Below, piece by piece: positions 29,477 through 38,047 of a DNA stretch of 64,000 nt. This DNA is from Alphaproteobacteria bacterium (lineage in GTDB: Bacteria; Pseudomonadota; Alphaproteobacteria; CAAHEQ01; UBA3637). The stretch covers positions 377 to 64,376 of the forward strand of contig JAZKXR010000003.1 of assembly GCA_045611705.1 (NCBI GenBank). Direction: 5' to 3'. The notes under the pieces were generated by a model, which saw nothing but the letters and a program-made list of their open reading frames with translations, ran no database searches and was not told the DNA's origin. Every line of letters begins with the position of its first letter. Positions within the stretch are counted from its first letter, which is position 1. The position numbers and the translations under genes were made by a program.

Positions 29477-29618
29477 GAACATAACAGTCTCCGCAAGTGA
29501 ACATAACGGTCTTCGGTACTGAACATAACGGTTATCGCCCCCGAACATAACGGTCTTCAAAATCACAAAATGCGAACATAACAGTCTCCACCCCCTAAAA
29601 AAGCGAACATAACGGTCT
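29477..29618 (+). repeat. Six iteron-like direct repeats (putative replication origin)
   Basis: GAACATAACRGTYW at 29477, 29499, 29521, 29543, 29574, 29605 (spacings 22, 22, 22, 31, 31); AT-rich tract to the left; Rep-like gene ~80 bp downstream. Confidence 0.85.
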
Positions 29619-29699
29619 CCGCAAAGATTTTTTTGTTCAAATGAGTATTCGGATGGTCAAACGAATAAATACCTCTGTAAAACAATTTAAGGAGGCAAT

Positions 29700-30242
29700 A
29701 TGAGCAAAAGTAAATCAGATTTATCCATCACCAAACGAGTCCTGTTGGACTTTATTAAATACAAGACCCAAAATGGGCATCAGTTCTTTGCCAGTAATGA
29801 TTATGTGGCAAAAGGTTTGGATTTGACAGAGAATACCGCTAAAACCTTTGTGAATGATTTAATCCGTGATGGCTATCTTTATAAAGAGATAGATAAACAA
29901 GGAAGACGCATCTTGTCCCTGACTGGTAAAGAATATCGCCCCTTGTTTGAGGATATGCGGAACATTGACAAGAAGGTGTTAAAGGAAGACAGGGATAATT
30001 TTGAACGGGAAAATAAGTACCTGAATGAACAACTTTCCATGGAAAATGCACATGTTGAGCAACTTACCAATCAAAATACAGAGTTGGTTTTGTCCAATGC
30101 GGAACTAACAGCTCGTGTTCAAAAGTTAGAGAATGAACTTGCAGGGCTTAAAAAGCGTGTATCCAGTTTGGAAAATATCTTTTATCAAAATGGAATGTCA
30201 CCAAATCAGTTGGAAGAGTTAATCCAGAAATCCAATCAATAA
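29700..30242 (+). CDS. Winged-HTH replication initiator-like protein with coiled-coil tail
   Basis: FFASNDYVAKGLDLTENTAKTFVNDLIRDGYL; AGGAGG RBS. Confidence 0.7.
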   Translation: MSKSKSDLSITKRVLLDFIKYKTQNGHQFFASNDYVAKGLDLTENTAKTFVNDLIRDGYLYKEIDKQGRRILSLTGKEYRPLFEDMRNIDKKVLKEDRDNFERENKYLNEQLSMENAHVEQLTNQNTELVLSNAELTARVQKLENELAGLKKRVSSLENIFYQNGMSPNQLEELIQKSNQ

Positions 30243-30283
30243 ATATCTTCGTGGGAAAGCTTTCAACCACAAATCATAAAAAC

Positions 30284-30312
30284 ACCCCGTCATGTCTGAA
30301 CGGGGTTCTTTA
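30284..30312. terminator. Hairpin terminator between convergent genes
   Basis: ACCCCGT-loop-ACGGGGT followed by TCTTT. Confidence 0.55.
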
Positions 30313-30325
30313 TTTGGCAATTATT

Positions 30326-30610
30326 TTACCAGTATTTTTTAAGTTCTTCATTGATAAGCACATCCATATAGGGGGTCTTATTAAACCAACTATATGCAAA
30401 AGCATTACGACCGTATTTGTCGGTGTGATGCACATCAGCCCCTTGCTCTAAAAGGTATTTAATTAGTTCTATATCTGTGGTAAAGGCACAAGCTAATTCT
30501 AGTACTGTGCCACCTTCTTTTCCAATTTCAGTGTTGATATCAGGAAGGAGTTTCAGTAATTTCTGAACTCCTTCCATTGTGTCAATGTGGCATACTTCAT
30601 TATTATCCAT
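30326..30610 (-). CDS. Short ankyrin-repeat protein
   Basis: PDINT..GGTVLELAC..LIKYLLEQGADVHHTDKYGRNAF. Confidence 0.75.
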   Translation of the reverse strand: MDNNEVCHIDTMEGVQKLLKLLPDINTEIGKEGGTVLELACAFTTDIELIKYLLEQGADVHHTDKYGRNAFAYSWFNKTPYMDVLINEELKKYW

Positions 30611-30791
30611 TGTTATCCCCCTTGGTTTCCAGCTCATCCATAATCTTCAAAAACTCCAAGATTTGGGTTTTATTTTTCTCCTTAGCTCCATCATAAATCA
30701 TTAGTATTCCCTGCAAGGCTGGACGTAATTCTTTATCAGAGGCATATTTTAGTGCATCTCTGATGCCTTCAATTATTCTTTCTTCTAACAT
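30603..30791 (-). CDS. Small hypothetical protein
   Basis: 62 aa; AAGGAG RBS; overlaps the ankyrin gene start. Confidence 0.55.
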   Translation of the reverse strand: MLEERIIEGIRDALKYASDKELRPALQGILMIYDGAKEKNKTQILEFLKIMDELETKGDNNG

Positions 30792-30950
30792 TCTAAACTC
30801 CTTTAGTTTTATCTAAAGTTATTTATTTCAAAATGATTCATTTTTGGAATCACACAAAAACGAATCGTCCCCCGATTCGGTTAAAATTTTAACTAATTTT
30901 GTTAAAAATGGTCCAAAATATGAAAATTTTTACCACGATGAATAAAAAAA

Positions 30951-30990
30951 GTATATCGAAATATATCGTAATATATCCAAATATATCGAA
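30951..30990. repeat. Four tandem 10-bp repeats
   Basis: GTATATCGAA ATATATCGTA ATATATCCAA ATATATCGAA. Confidence 0.75.
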
Positions 30991-31123
30991 AATGGGCATT
31001 TTTCAAAAATTTTAATTTTGATGGGCTTGTTTTATTTTTCTAAATGCATATTATCTTGCTCACCGATGCGGGATGGTCCCGCAAAGGTGTAAAAAATCTG
31101 ATTAAACGAAAGGAAAATTAAAA

Positions 31124-31630
31124 ATGTCAGAAAATGTAAATGTGGTCTCGATTGAAGACTTTATGGGCAATTTTGGAATTGTCCCGATGGCAACAACAAG
31201 AGATGAAGGTTTAGTCTCTTTTGATGTATGTAAACAACGTGTCTTGGACTTGATTAAACTCAACATCAAGAACTTTAAAGAGGACCTCTGGAAGAAAGAG
31301 AACCGAATGATGAAGTTATTGGTGGACTTAGATGATAAGCGTAAGAAATCTATCTTTACGGTTCGTCTGGGTGGCAAGAGAATCTATCGCTGTAATATGC
31401 AAATGTTAGAACCACAACAAAAAGTGGAATTCTTAACAAAGTTTTACGAAGCTGTGTCTCGTGGATACTTGGATAAAAAGATTGTAGATTTTTGTGAAAA
31501 AGAGGTCGATTTGGCTAATGCTCGCAAGAAAAAACAAAAAGAGAAACGTAGAGAAAAGAAGAAAGCTGAAAAAGCAGCAGAGGAAGCAAAAAAGGCAGAA
31601 GCCTTAAAGCATCTGCCTCAGAATGTTTAA
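31124..31630 (+). CDS. Hypothetical protein with a basic coiled-coil C-terminus
   Basis: GAAAGG RBS; K/E-rich tail. Confidence 0.65.
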   Translation: MSENVNVVSIEDFMGNFGIVPMATTRDEGLVSFDVCKQRVLDLIKLNIKNFKEDLWKKENRMMKLLVDLDDKRKKSIFTVRLGGKRIYRCNMQMLEPQQKVEFLTKFYEAVSRGYLDKKIVDFCEKEVDLANARKKKQKEKRREKKKAEKAAEEAKKAEALKHLPQNV

Positions 31631-31700
31631 TTTATCAACGGGAGTTAGGAAGACTCGTACTCTTTCTAACTCTCTCCAAACTAACGAAAGGTATTATACT

Positions 31701-31991
31701 ATGACAGAAAATAAAAGTCAAATAGAAATTATTGACCCTATTATGGATAATAATTTAGACGGATACGAACCAGATGAATGTGAATATGCTCCCAAGAAGA
31801 TTAGCAAAATTGAAGCCATCATTTATGATTGGGTGGTAGACAATTTTGGAACTTCTGAAGCAATGTCTCCCTCATGGAACATTACCATGTTGGCTGAAGC
31901 AATTCATGAAAATCTTAATGATGACTACGAACAATCTAATACAGTAGTTTATGAAAATGAAGGGGAATACGATGATGAAGATGATGAATAA
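31701..31991 (+). CDS. Small acidic hypothetical protein
   Basis: GAAAGG RBS; ends EYDDEDDE. Confidence 0.6.
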   Translation: MTENKSQIEIIDPIMDNNLDGYEPDECEYAPKKISKIEAIIYDWVVDNFGTSEAMSPSWNITMLAEAIHENLNDDYEQSNTVVYENEGEYDDEDDE

Positions 31992-32136
31992 AAAAGTTTG
32001 TATGCGGGACGCTTTGCGGCAACTGCATCAGCCAAAATCAGTTTATCTGGATTACCTCTACAGTTCTGAAGAAGACAAGAGATTCTTGGAACACGTTGTT
32101 CAGACAGTTCTGGAAAAGGGCTATATGCCTGCATAA
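31981..32136 (+). CDS. Small hypothetical protein
   Basis: Overlaps the previous stop and fills the operon gap. Confidence 0.4.
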   Translation: MMNKKVCMRDALRQLHQPKSVYLDYLYSSEEDKRFLEHVVQTVLEKGYMPA

Positions 32137-32151
32137 TGAAAGGAGGTAAAA

Positions 32152-32742
32152 ATGCCAAATTGGTGTGAAAACACAGTGACTATGTATGGTGATGAGAAGT
32201 CCTTACAGGAATGCTTTGATAAATTCGGAGGTAATGAGGAAACTATTGATTTTGATAGAATAATCCCAACACCAAAAGAATTAGAAGAAGTCATTGCAGT
32301 TGCTACTTTATCCGAAGATGTTCAACTGGTAAAAGATGAAAAAGCTGGAAAGGAAATACCTGAAAACGATAAGAAAAGATTAGATTCAATAATTAGAAAT
32401 AATATATCCTATCGTCAGAATGCAGAAAAGTCCTTGTTTTGTTTAGAACATTACGGTGCGGACAGTTGGTATGACTGGCATGTTGAACATTGGGGAACAA
32501 AATGGAACGCAAATACGGAGGATTTTGGTTTTCCATGTGGGTGGTCAACTTACCACGGCAAACCCTCTTGCCATTTCGTATTCTATACGGCTTGGGTTGC
32601 TGCCGTACCAATTATTGAAAAACTATCTGCTATGTATCCCAAACTTACATTTCGTCTTCATGAGCGAACGCATGGAGAAAACATAGATAATATATATGTT
32701 TTTCGGAATGGTCGCTTAACAAGGCAGGTAAAGAATTTGTAA
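32152..32742 (+). CDS. DUF1281/YubB-like protein
   Basis: MPNWCEN..IDFDRIIPTP..WYDWHVEHWGTKWNA..FYTAW. Confidence 0.8.
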   Translation: MPNWCENTVTMYGDEKSLQECFDKFGGNEETIDFDRIIPTPKELEEVIAVATLSEDVQLVKDEKAGKEIPENDKKRLDSIIRNNISYRQNAEKSLFCLEHYGADSWYDWHVEHWGTKWNANTEDFGFPCGWSTYHGKPSCHFVFYTAWVAAVPIIEKLSAMYPKLTFRLHERTHGENIDNIYVFRNGRLTRQVKNL

Positions 32743-32773
32743 GTACAAATAAAAAAGAGCAAATTCTGCACGA

Positions 32774-32817
32774 ACGATCTTGACTTAAGAAATTAAATCA
32801 ATACGATCTGCGACATA
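32774..32817 (+). promoter_or_regulatory. Shared element motif, copy 3 (integrase promoter)
   Basis: ACGATCTTGACT-N16-TACGATC..CATA upstream of the integrase. Confidence 0.55.
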
Positions 32818-32830
32818 AAGGAAAACCAAT

Positions 32831-34591
32831 ATGTCGTATCACTACCCAGGACTCGTTGCTCGAAAAAGGCTATTTTACTTTCGCTTAAAGATACCAAAAC
32901 CTTTAAGGGTAATAGCCAGATGTACAGAGGTCGTTTACTCGTTAAACACCCCTGTATATCAGGAAGCAATCGAGAAATGGCGTGTGGAATTTGCTCATTT
33001 ACAAGCATTTTTAACAATATTTAAGGATACAATTATGAAAGTAAATGAGAATAAAAAATTAGTTTTAAACAAAGCTGACGTGGATAAGCTATTGCTCCAC
33101 AGATTAGAACAAATCCAAACATTTTTGGAGGATAATACAGAGGAAATCAAATCCAGACATAAGACTGAAGCGGACATTATTTTATTCCCCAATGGGAAAA
33201 AAGAAGCCGATATACGGAAATTAATGAAGAATACGATTTTGGATTACCTGAAAGGACTTATGGATGAAAATAAAGCCAACATAACCCTCAGGACTGTATA
33301 CCACCAGCTTAAAAATAAAGAAATTGAGTTGGGATTGGTGGGGGAAAAAGACAAATATGATTGGTTGAAAGCGTTTTCAAACCACATCAGTAATTTAGAC
33401 CATTATGCTAAAAAGGCTGTGAAAGCTACGCAAGAAGATAAACTTTATACCCCAACTAACCCGAAGGTTATAACACTTTTACGAACCTATGACACTATGA
33501 AGACTGATGAACGAATTCATCATTCTATGGCAGCAACCCATTGGGAAAAGTTCTTTAAACGTTTTGCAAGAATGAAGCGTGATTTGAAAGGTGTCAGTGA
33601 AAATCGTATTGTAAATAATCATATGGTGATTCAATTGGCGTTTTTATTGATGGGCAAGGAACATATTGAAGAAATTACTTCTCAAGACTGCCGAAAATTA
33701 TGCCAAAACATATACCATGTAAGGAAAAGGTGGCATGAGAGAATCAAAGAGAATTGTGATGTTAGTCAAATTCTCACCGATAATCCTAAGCTAAGCATTA
33801 GTAAGAGAACTGTTCGTGCTCACCTTGTAACCTTTAAAGAATATATGAGATACGCTGTAAAAGAGGAAATAATCCCAAATAGCCTAAGTGACTATGTAGA
33901 TATGCCACTTAAGTTTGACAACAACAATAGGATCCCATTTACACCATCGGATTTAAAAAGGATTTTTGATCCTTTGAATTATCCAGACCCGCATTTAAGA
34001 GCTAACCAAGCAAAGTTCTGGATTCCGATTATAGCTCTTTATCACGGATGCCGACAGAACGAAATCTGCCAATTAGATGTTAATGATATTGTAATAGAAA
34101 AAGACATTCCTTGTATTAGTATCAATGATGATGGTGATGATAAATCTGTTAAGAATTCAAGTTCAAAAAGAATTATCCCTATACATCCTAAATTAGTTGA
34201 TATGGGTTTCTTAAGCTATGTAGATTACCAGCGTAAGAACAAGCATAAGAAGTTGTTCCCAGAACTAACAAGAACAAAGCAAAATGGCTATGCAAGAGTG
34301 ATACAAGGGTGGTTTGGCAGATACTTGGATAAGATTGGCATAAGAGATAAGAAAAAGGTCTTTCACTCTTTCCGACATACCTTTGAGACTAAAGCAGTAG
34401 AAATAAAAATGCCTATTGAATACCAAAATGCCATTTGTGGATGGACTGATAGAGGTGTTGGTCAAAGAATATATGGTAAAAAGAAGAATATAAATGTAAC
34501 CTTTGAAGAAATTAGCAAGATTAACTTCCCTGTTAAACGTGAGCTGAATGAATTAAAGAAAAAGTTTATGGACAGCTATGTAATGAAATAG
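32831..34591 (+). CDS. Tyrosine integrase with a DUF6538-like N-terminal domain
   Basis: N-terminal FYFRLKIPKPL..VVYSLNT; catalytic GCRQNEI, VKNSSSKR, FHSFRH, ICGW, IYG; adjacent to the tRNA att. Confidence 0.93.
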   Translation: MSYHYPGLVARKRLFYFRLKIPKPLRVIARCTEVVYSLNTPVYQEAIEKWRVEFAHLQAFLTIFKDTIMKVNENKKLVLNKADVDKLLLHRLEQIQTFLEDNTEEIKSRHKTEADIILFPNGKKEADIRKLMKNTILDYLKGLMDENKANITLRTVYHQLKNKEIELGLVGEKDKYDWLKAFSNHISNLDHYAKKAVKATQEDKLYTPTNPKVITLLRTYDTMKTDERIHHSMAATHWEKFFKRFARMKRDLKGVSENRIVNNHMVIQLAFLLMGKEHIEEITSQDCRKLCQNIYHVRKRWHERIKENCDVSQILTDNPKLSISKRTVRAHLVTFKEYMRYAVKEEIIPNSLSDYVDMPLKFDNNNRIPFTPSDLKRIFDPLNYPDPHLRANQAKFWIPIIALYHGCRQNEICQLDVNDIVIEKDIPCISINDDGDDKSVKNSSSKRIIPIHPKLVDMGFLSYVDYQRKNKHKKLFPELTRTKQNGYARVIQGWFGRYLDKIGIRDKKKVFHSFRHTFETKAVEIKMPIEYQNAICGWTDRGVGQRIYGKKKNINVTFEEISKINFPVKRELNELKKKFMDSYVMK

Positions 34592-34916
34592 AACACTTTT
34601 GGTAAAATTGCTTTTCACAACATTGGTCTTGTCAAGATATGCACAATATCTTCCAAGACCATTTTTGTTGCCGATGAACATGGGGAATGAAGGGCACAAA
34701 ATCCACTTTGTCAAAATATCCAGTTTTGTTATGAGAGCAGCGGTCATCTGAAGGTAGATTCTCTTTTAAAGGGTTAAAAAAGTAAAAGGGCAAAGGTCTT
34801 GATTTGGCAGGAAAAGCAAAGGGACATTTTGGCATAAATTTCATAAATCCAAATTTTGTCTAATCTTCGTAAATCTGCTTCAAAATAAGGGTGATTTTTG
34901 ACTCTGTTTTAATATC

Positions 34917-34953
34917 TTGGTGTTACAGCTTGGTGTCACACCTCGGTGTTACA
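34917..34953 (+). repeat. Three 11-bp direct repeats (probable integrase arm-type sites)
   Basis: TTGGTGTTACA, TTGGTGTCACA, TCGGTGTTACA at a 13-bp period; related TTGGTGTCCCA at 17961. Confidence 0.65.
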
Positions 34954-34977
34954 CCTAAAAACCCGAATTTTGGGCAT

Positions 34978-35004
34978 AAAAAAAGCCTTGATAAACAAGG
35001 CTTT
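34978..35004 (-). terminator. Terminator downstream of tRNA-Ala
   Basis: AAAGCCTTG-loop-CAAGGCTTT with A/T run. Confidence 0.7.
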
Positions 35005-35014
35005 AATTTGAAAT

Positions 35015-35090
35015 TGGTGGAGGTAAGGAGGGTCGAACTCCTGACCTTTGCAATGCCATTGCAACGCTCTACCAACTGAGCTATACCCCC
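35015..35090 (-). tRNA. tRNA-Ala(GGC)
   Basis: GGGGGTATAGCTCAGTTGGTAGAGCG-TTGCA-AT-GGC-AT-TGCAA-AGGTCAGGAGTTCGACCCTCCTTACCTCCACCA, 76 nt, encoded CCA. Confidence 0.97.
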
Positions 35091-35215
35091 AAAGGTCATG
35101 ATCCATATTATACACAAAAATAAACAAAATGCAAGAAAAAAATATAAAAAATAAACAAAATTTGCTTTTTTTGTTATTTTATGATATGTTTTTTGGGAAA
35201 ATGAAAGAGGAAAAA

Positions 35216-35617
35216 ATGGATAAGAAAAAAGTAACAGTTTGTGCCGGTGTGATTTTTTATCAGGGTAAAATTTTAATTGCCCAAAGACGAAAAGATAAAT
35301 CTTTGGGCGGTTTGTGGGAATTTCCCGGTGGTAAAATTGAAGCTGGCGAAACGCATGAGCAAACCTTAAAGCGTGAAATTAAAGAAGAATTTGATATTGA
35401 TATTCAGGTGGAAAAATACTTGATGGAAACCGAGCATGAGTATGCTGATTTTTGTTTGAAAATGTATGTTTATCAAGGTCAATGGGATGGCAAAGGCGAG
35501 ATTCGTATTTGTGATCATGAACAATATCGCTTTGTGTTGTTGGATGAAATTGAACAATTTGAAATGCCGGGGGCTGATGTGCCTGTTTTGGATTTTATCA
35601 AGGAGTATTTTAAATGA
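35216..35617 (+). CDS. MutT-like Nudix hydrolase
   Basis: WEFPGGKIEAGETHEQTLKREIKEE Nudix box. Confidence 0.9.
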   Translation: MDKKKVTVCAGVIFYQGKILIAQRRKDKSLGGLWEFPGGKIEAGETHEQTLKREIKEEFDIDIQVEKYLMETEHEYADFCLKMYVYQGQWDGKGEIRICDHEQYRFVLLDEIEQFEMPGADVPVLDFIKEYFK

Positions 35618-36465
35618 TTCAAAAAAGTCCGACCATAGCTATTTGTTATGATTTTGACGGAACTTTATCCCCTGGATGTATGCAGGAATACAGCTTTATG
35701 CGTGCATTGGGGGAAGACCCAAAAAAGTTTTGGCATAAGGCACATGTTTTGGCAAAAAAACAACAGGCCGATGATATTGCCAGTTATATGCAATTGATGT
35801 TGGATGAGTGCAACAAAAAAGGATTAGAACCGACACAAGAGGCTTTTCGTTTTTATGGCAAAGGCGTTCCCCTTTATAAAGGAGTGGAAAGTTGGTTTAA
35901 ACGTATCAATCAATATGCCGATAAAAAAGGTGTAAAGGTGAATCACTATATTATTTCTTCCGGATTGAAAGAGATGATAGAAGGCACAAAAATTGCCAAA
36001 AACTTTCATAAAATTTATGCTTCTTCGTTTATGTATGATAAAAAGGGTTTGGCAGTTTGGCCGGCGGTTGTTTTAAATTACACCAGTAAGACACAGTTTT
36101 TATTTCGCATCAATAAGGGGTGCGAAGACATTACGGATAACACTTCCGTCAATCAATATGTTCCCACAAAGGACAGACCAGTTCCTTTTAAAAATATCAT
36201 TTATATCGGGGATGGTGAAACGGATATCCCTTGTATGAAAATGATCAATCAACATGGTGGGCATGCGGTGGCTGTTTATCATCCGGATAAAGATTTTGCC
36301 CGACAAACGGCCCAGAAATTGGTTCGGGACAGACGGGTTAATATCGCTTTGCCGGCCGATTATTCCATGCGTCAACCTATTGAAAAATATGTTCAGGCAG
36401 TGATAGATAAAATCGTTGCCGATACCCAAATTGAAAAGTATGAAAACATTTATTGTCAGGAGTAA
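35614..36465 (+). CDS. HAD-family hydrolase
   Basis: YDFDGTL, ISSG, YIGDGETD. Confidence 0.85.
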   Translation: MIQKSPTIAICYDFDGTLSPGCMQEYSFMRALGEDPKKFWHKAHVLAKKQQADDIASYMQLMLDECNKKGLEPTQEAFRFYGKGVPLYKGVESWFKRINQYADKKGVKVNHYIISSGLKEMIEGTKIAKNFHKIYASSFMYDKKGLAVWPAVVLNYTSKTQFLFRINKGCEDITDNTSVNQYVPTKDRPVPFKNIIYIGDGETDIPCMKMINQHGGHAVAVYHPDKDFARQTAQKLVRDRRVNIALPADYSMRQPIEKYVQAVIDKIVADTQIEKYENIYCQE

Positions 36466-36468
36466 AAA

Positions 36469-37365
36469 ATGCCTCAAATTTCTGTGATTATCCCAGTTTA
36501 TAATACCGAAAAGTATTTGCCGGCCTGTCTGGATTCTGTTTGTTCTCAAACATTTCAGGATATTGAAATTATTTGTGTCAACGATGGTTCAACCGATAAA
36601 TCAGGGGAAATTTTGGCAAAATATGCTGAACAGGATAAACGTATTGTTGTTATAAATCAAGAAAATTCCGGTCAATCAAAGGCCAGAAATGTTGGTTTAA
36701 ATATTGCCAAGGGCAGTTATGTAAACTTTGTGGATTCGGATGACAGACTTCCCAGTTTTGCATTGCAAACGCTTCATCAAATTGCCCAAACAACCGGATC
36801 GGATGTTGTGATGAGCGAAAAAAGATTATCCCATCCTGTTTTATCATCTGGGGCCATTCATTGGCAGATGCATACGAATGTTGTGGAAGATTTTGTTAAT
36901 AATCCCGATGTTTTTTCGTCTGTTTCCAATAAACTGTATCGTGTTGAATTGTTAAAAGATCATCGATTTATTGAAGGGATTTATTTTGAAGATTGGCCGT
37001 TTTTAACAACTTTAATGGGAAAAATCAAAAAATTTGCCACAACACAAACGCCATGTTATATTTATCGTGAAGATAATGAATCCACAACACGCAGCCCTTT
37101 TACAACAAAAAAAGTGGATAGTTATATCACAGGTATTCGTTATGTATATGATTTTTATAAAGACAGTCCTGAATTAAAATTGGTCCAAAAGCGTATGGCG
37201 GTGGCGGCAAAGATGTTGATCAATAAAGTTTATCATTCCAAAGACAGAACATTGAAAGATTATACTTTGCCACAATTGGATGCTTTATTTAATGAAAAGA
37301 TTATATTCAAATCTAATTTACCGTTAAAATCATTTATGCGTTATTTTTTAATGAAAAAACAATAA
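36469..37365 (+). CDS. Glycosyltransferase family 2
   Basis: VIIPVYN, VNDGSTD, ARNVGL, FVDSDD, FED. Confidence 0.92.
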   Translation: MPQISVIIPVYNTEKYLPACLDSVCSQTFQDIEIICVNDGSTDKSGEILAKYAEQDKRIVVINQENSGQSKARNVGLNIAKGSYVNFVDSDDRLPSFALQTLHQIAQTTGSDVVMSEKRLSHPVLSSGAIHWQMHTNVVEDFVNNPDVFSSVSNKLYRVELLKDHRFIEGIYFEDWPFLTTLMGKIKKFATTQTPCYIYREDNESTTRSPFTTKKVDSYITGIRYVYDFYKDSPELKLVQKRMAVAAKMLINKVYHSKDRTLKDYTLPQLDALFNEKIIFKSNLPLKSFMRYFLMKKQ

Positions 37366-37366
37366 T

Positions 37367-37393
37367 AAAAAGCCCCGTTTTAACGGGGCTTTT
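37367..37393. terminator. Bidirectional terminator
   Basis: AAAAAGCCCCGTT-TT-AACGGGGCTTTT. Confidence 0.8.
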
Positions 37394-37408
37394 AAAAAGC
37401 GAATTATC

Positions 37409-37984
37409 TTACCAATTACGGCAAACCAATTCAAAGTAAGCCTGAGGATGGGCACAGGCCGGACAAGCCTTCGGGGCTTCTTTACCTTTGTGGACATAAC
37501 CACAATTACGGCAACGCCATTCGGTTTCGGAAATACGTTCAAAGACTTCGCCTTTAACCAAATTTTCGGCCAAAGCACGATAGCGTTCTTCGTGGAATTT
37601 TTCGGCCACACAAACGGCACGCCATACGGCGGCGATTTGGGGGAAACCTTCTTGATCGGCCACTTCGGCCATGGCAGGATACATATCGGACCATTCGTGA
37701 TGTTCACCACCGGCGGCGGCCATCAAGTTTTCGGCAGTTGTGCCGATTGTTCCGGCAGGGAAAGATCCTTCAATTGTTAAATCGCCACCTTCCAAAAATT
37801 TAAAAAAGCGTTTGGCGTGTTCTTTTTCCTGATCGGCTGTTTCTGTAAAGACAGCGGCAATTTGTTCATAACCTTCTTTTTTGGCCTTTGAAGCAAAATA
37901 GGTATAACGATTGCGGGCCTGAGATTCACCGGCAAAAGATAATAACAGATTTTTTTCTGTTTGAGTTCCTTTTAAAGATGTCAT
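37409..37984 (-). CDS. rbr: Rubrerythrin
   Basis: [26 protein letters not shown]-terminal CRNCG..CPACAH rubredoxin domain. Confidence 0.93.
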   Translation of the reverse strand: MTSLKGTQTEKNLLLSFAGESQARNRYTYFASKAKKEGYEQIAAVFTETADQEKEHAKRFFKFLEGGDLTIEGSFPAGTIGTTAENLMAAAGGEHHEWSDMYPAMAEVADQEGFPQIAAVWRAVCVAEKFHEERYRALAENLVKGEVFERISETEWRCRNCGYVHKGKEAPKACPACAHPQAYFELVCRNW

Positions 37985-38047
37985 TTTTTATTCCTTTCGT
38001 TTTTATTGCAATATAGATTTATCCTTTTTTGGTAAAAAAGTCAAGAT

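Larger units (their letters stand above)
17689..35032. mobile_element. ~17.3-kb integrative element at tRNA-Ala(GGC)
   Basis: 22-bp perfect att duplication, tyrosine integrase next to the tRNA, iteron array with Rep-like gene, accessory cargo. Confidence 0.88.

Noticed and set aside
29477-29618. Regularly spaced repeats as a mini-CRISPR
   Set aside because: A 14-bp unit with 8-17-bp gaps next to a Rep-like gene fits iterons, not CRISPR.
17689-35032. Prophage or ICE
   Set aside because: No recognisable terminase, capsid, tail, lysis, relaxase, coupling-protein or VirB genes.
34891-35127. Short ORFs from the track around 34.9-35.1 kb
   Set aside because: They overlap tRNA-Ala, its terminator and the att arm repeats.
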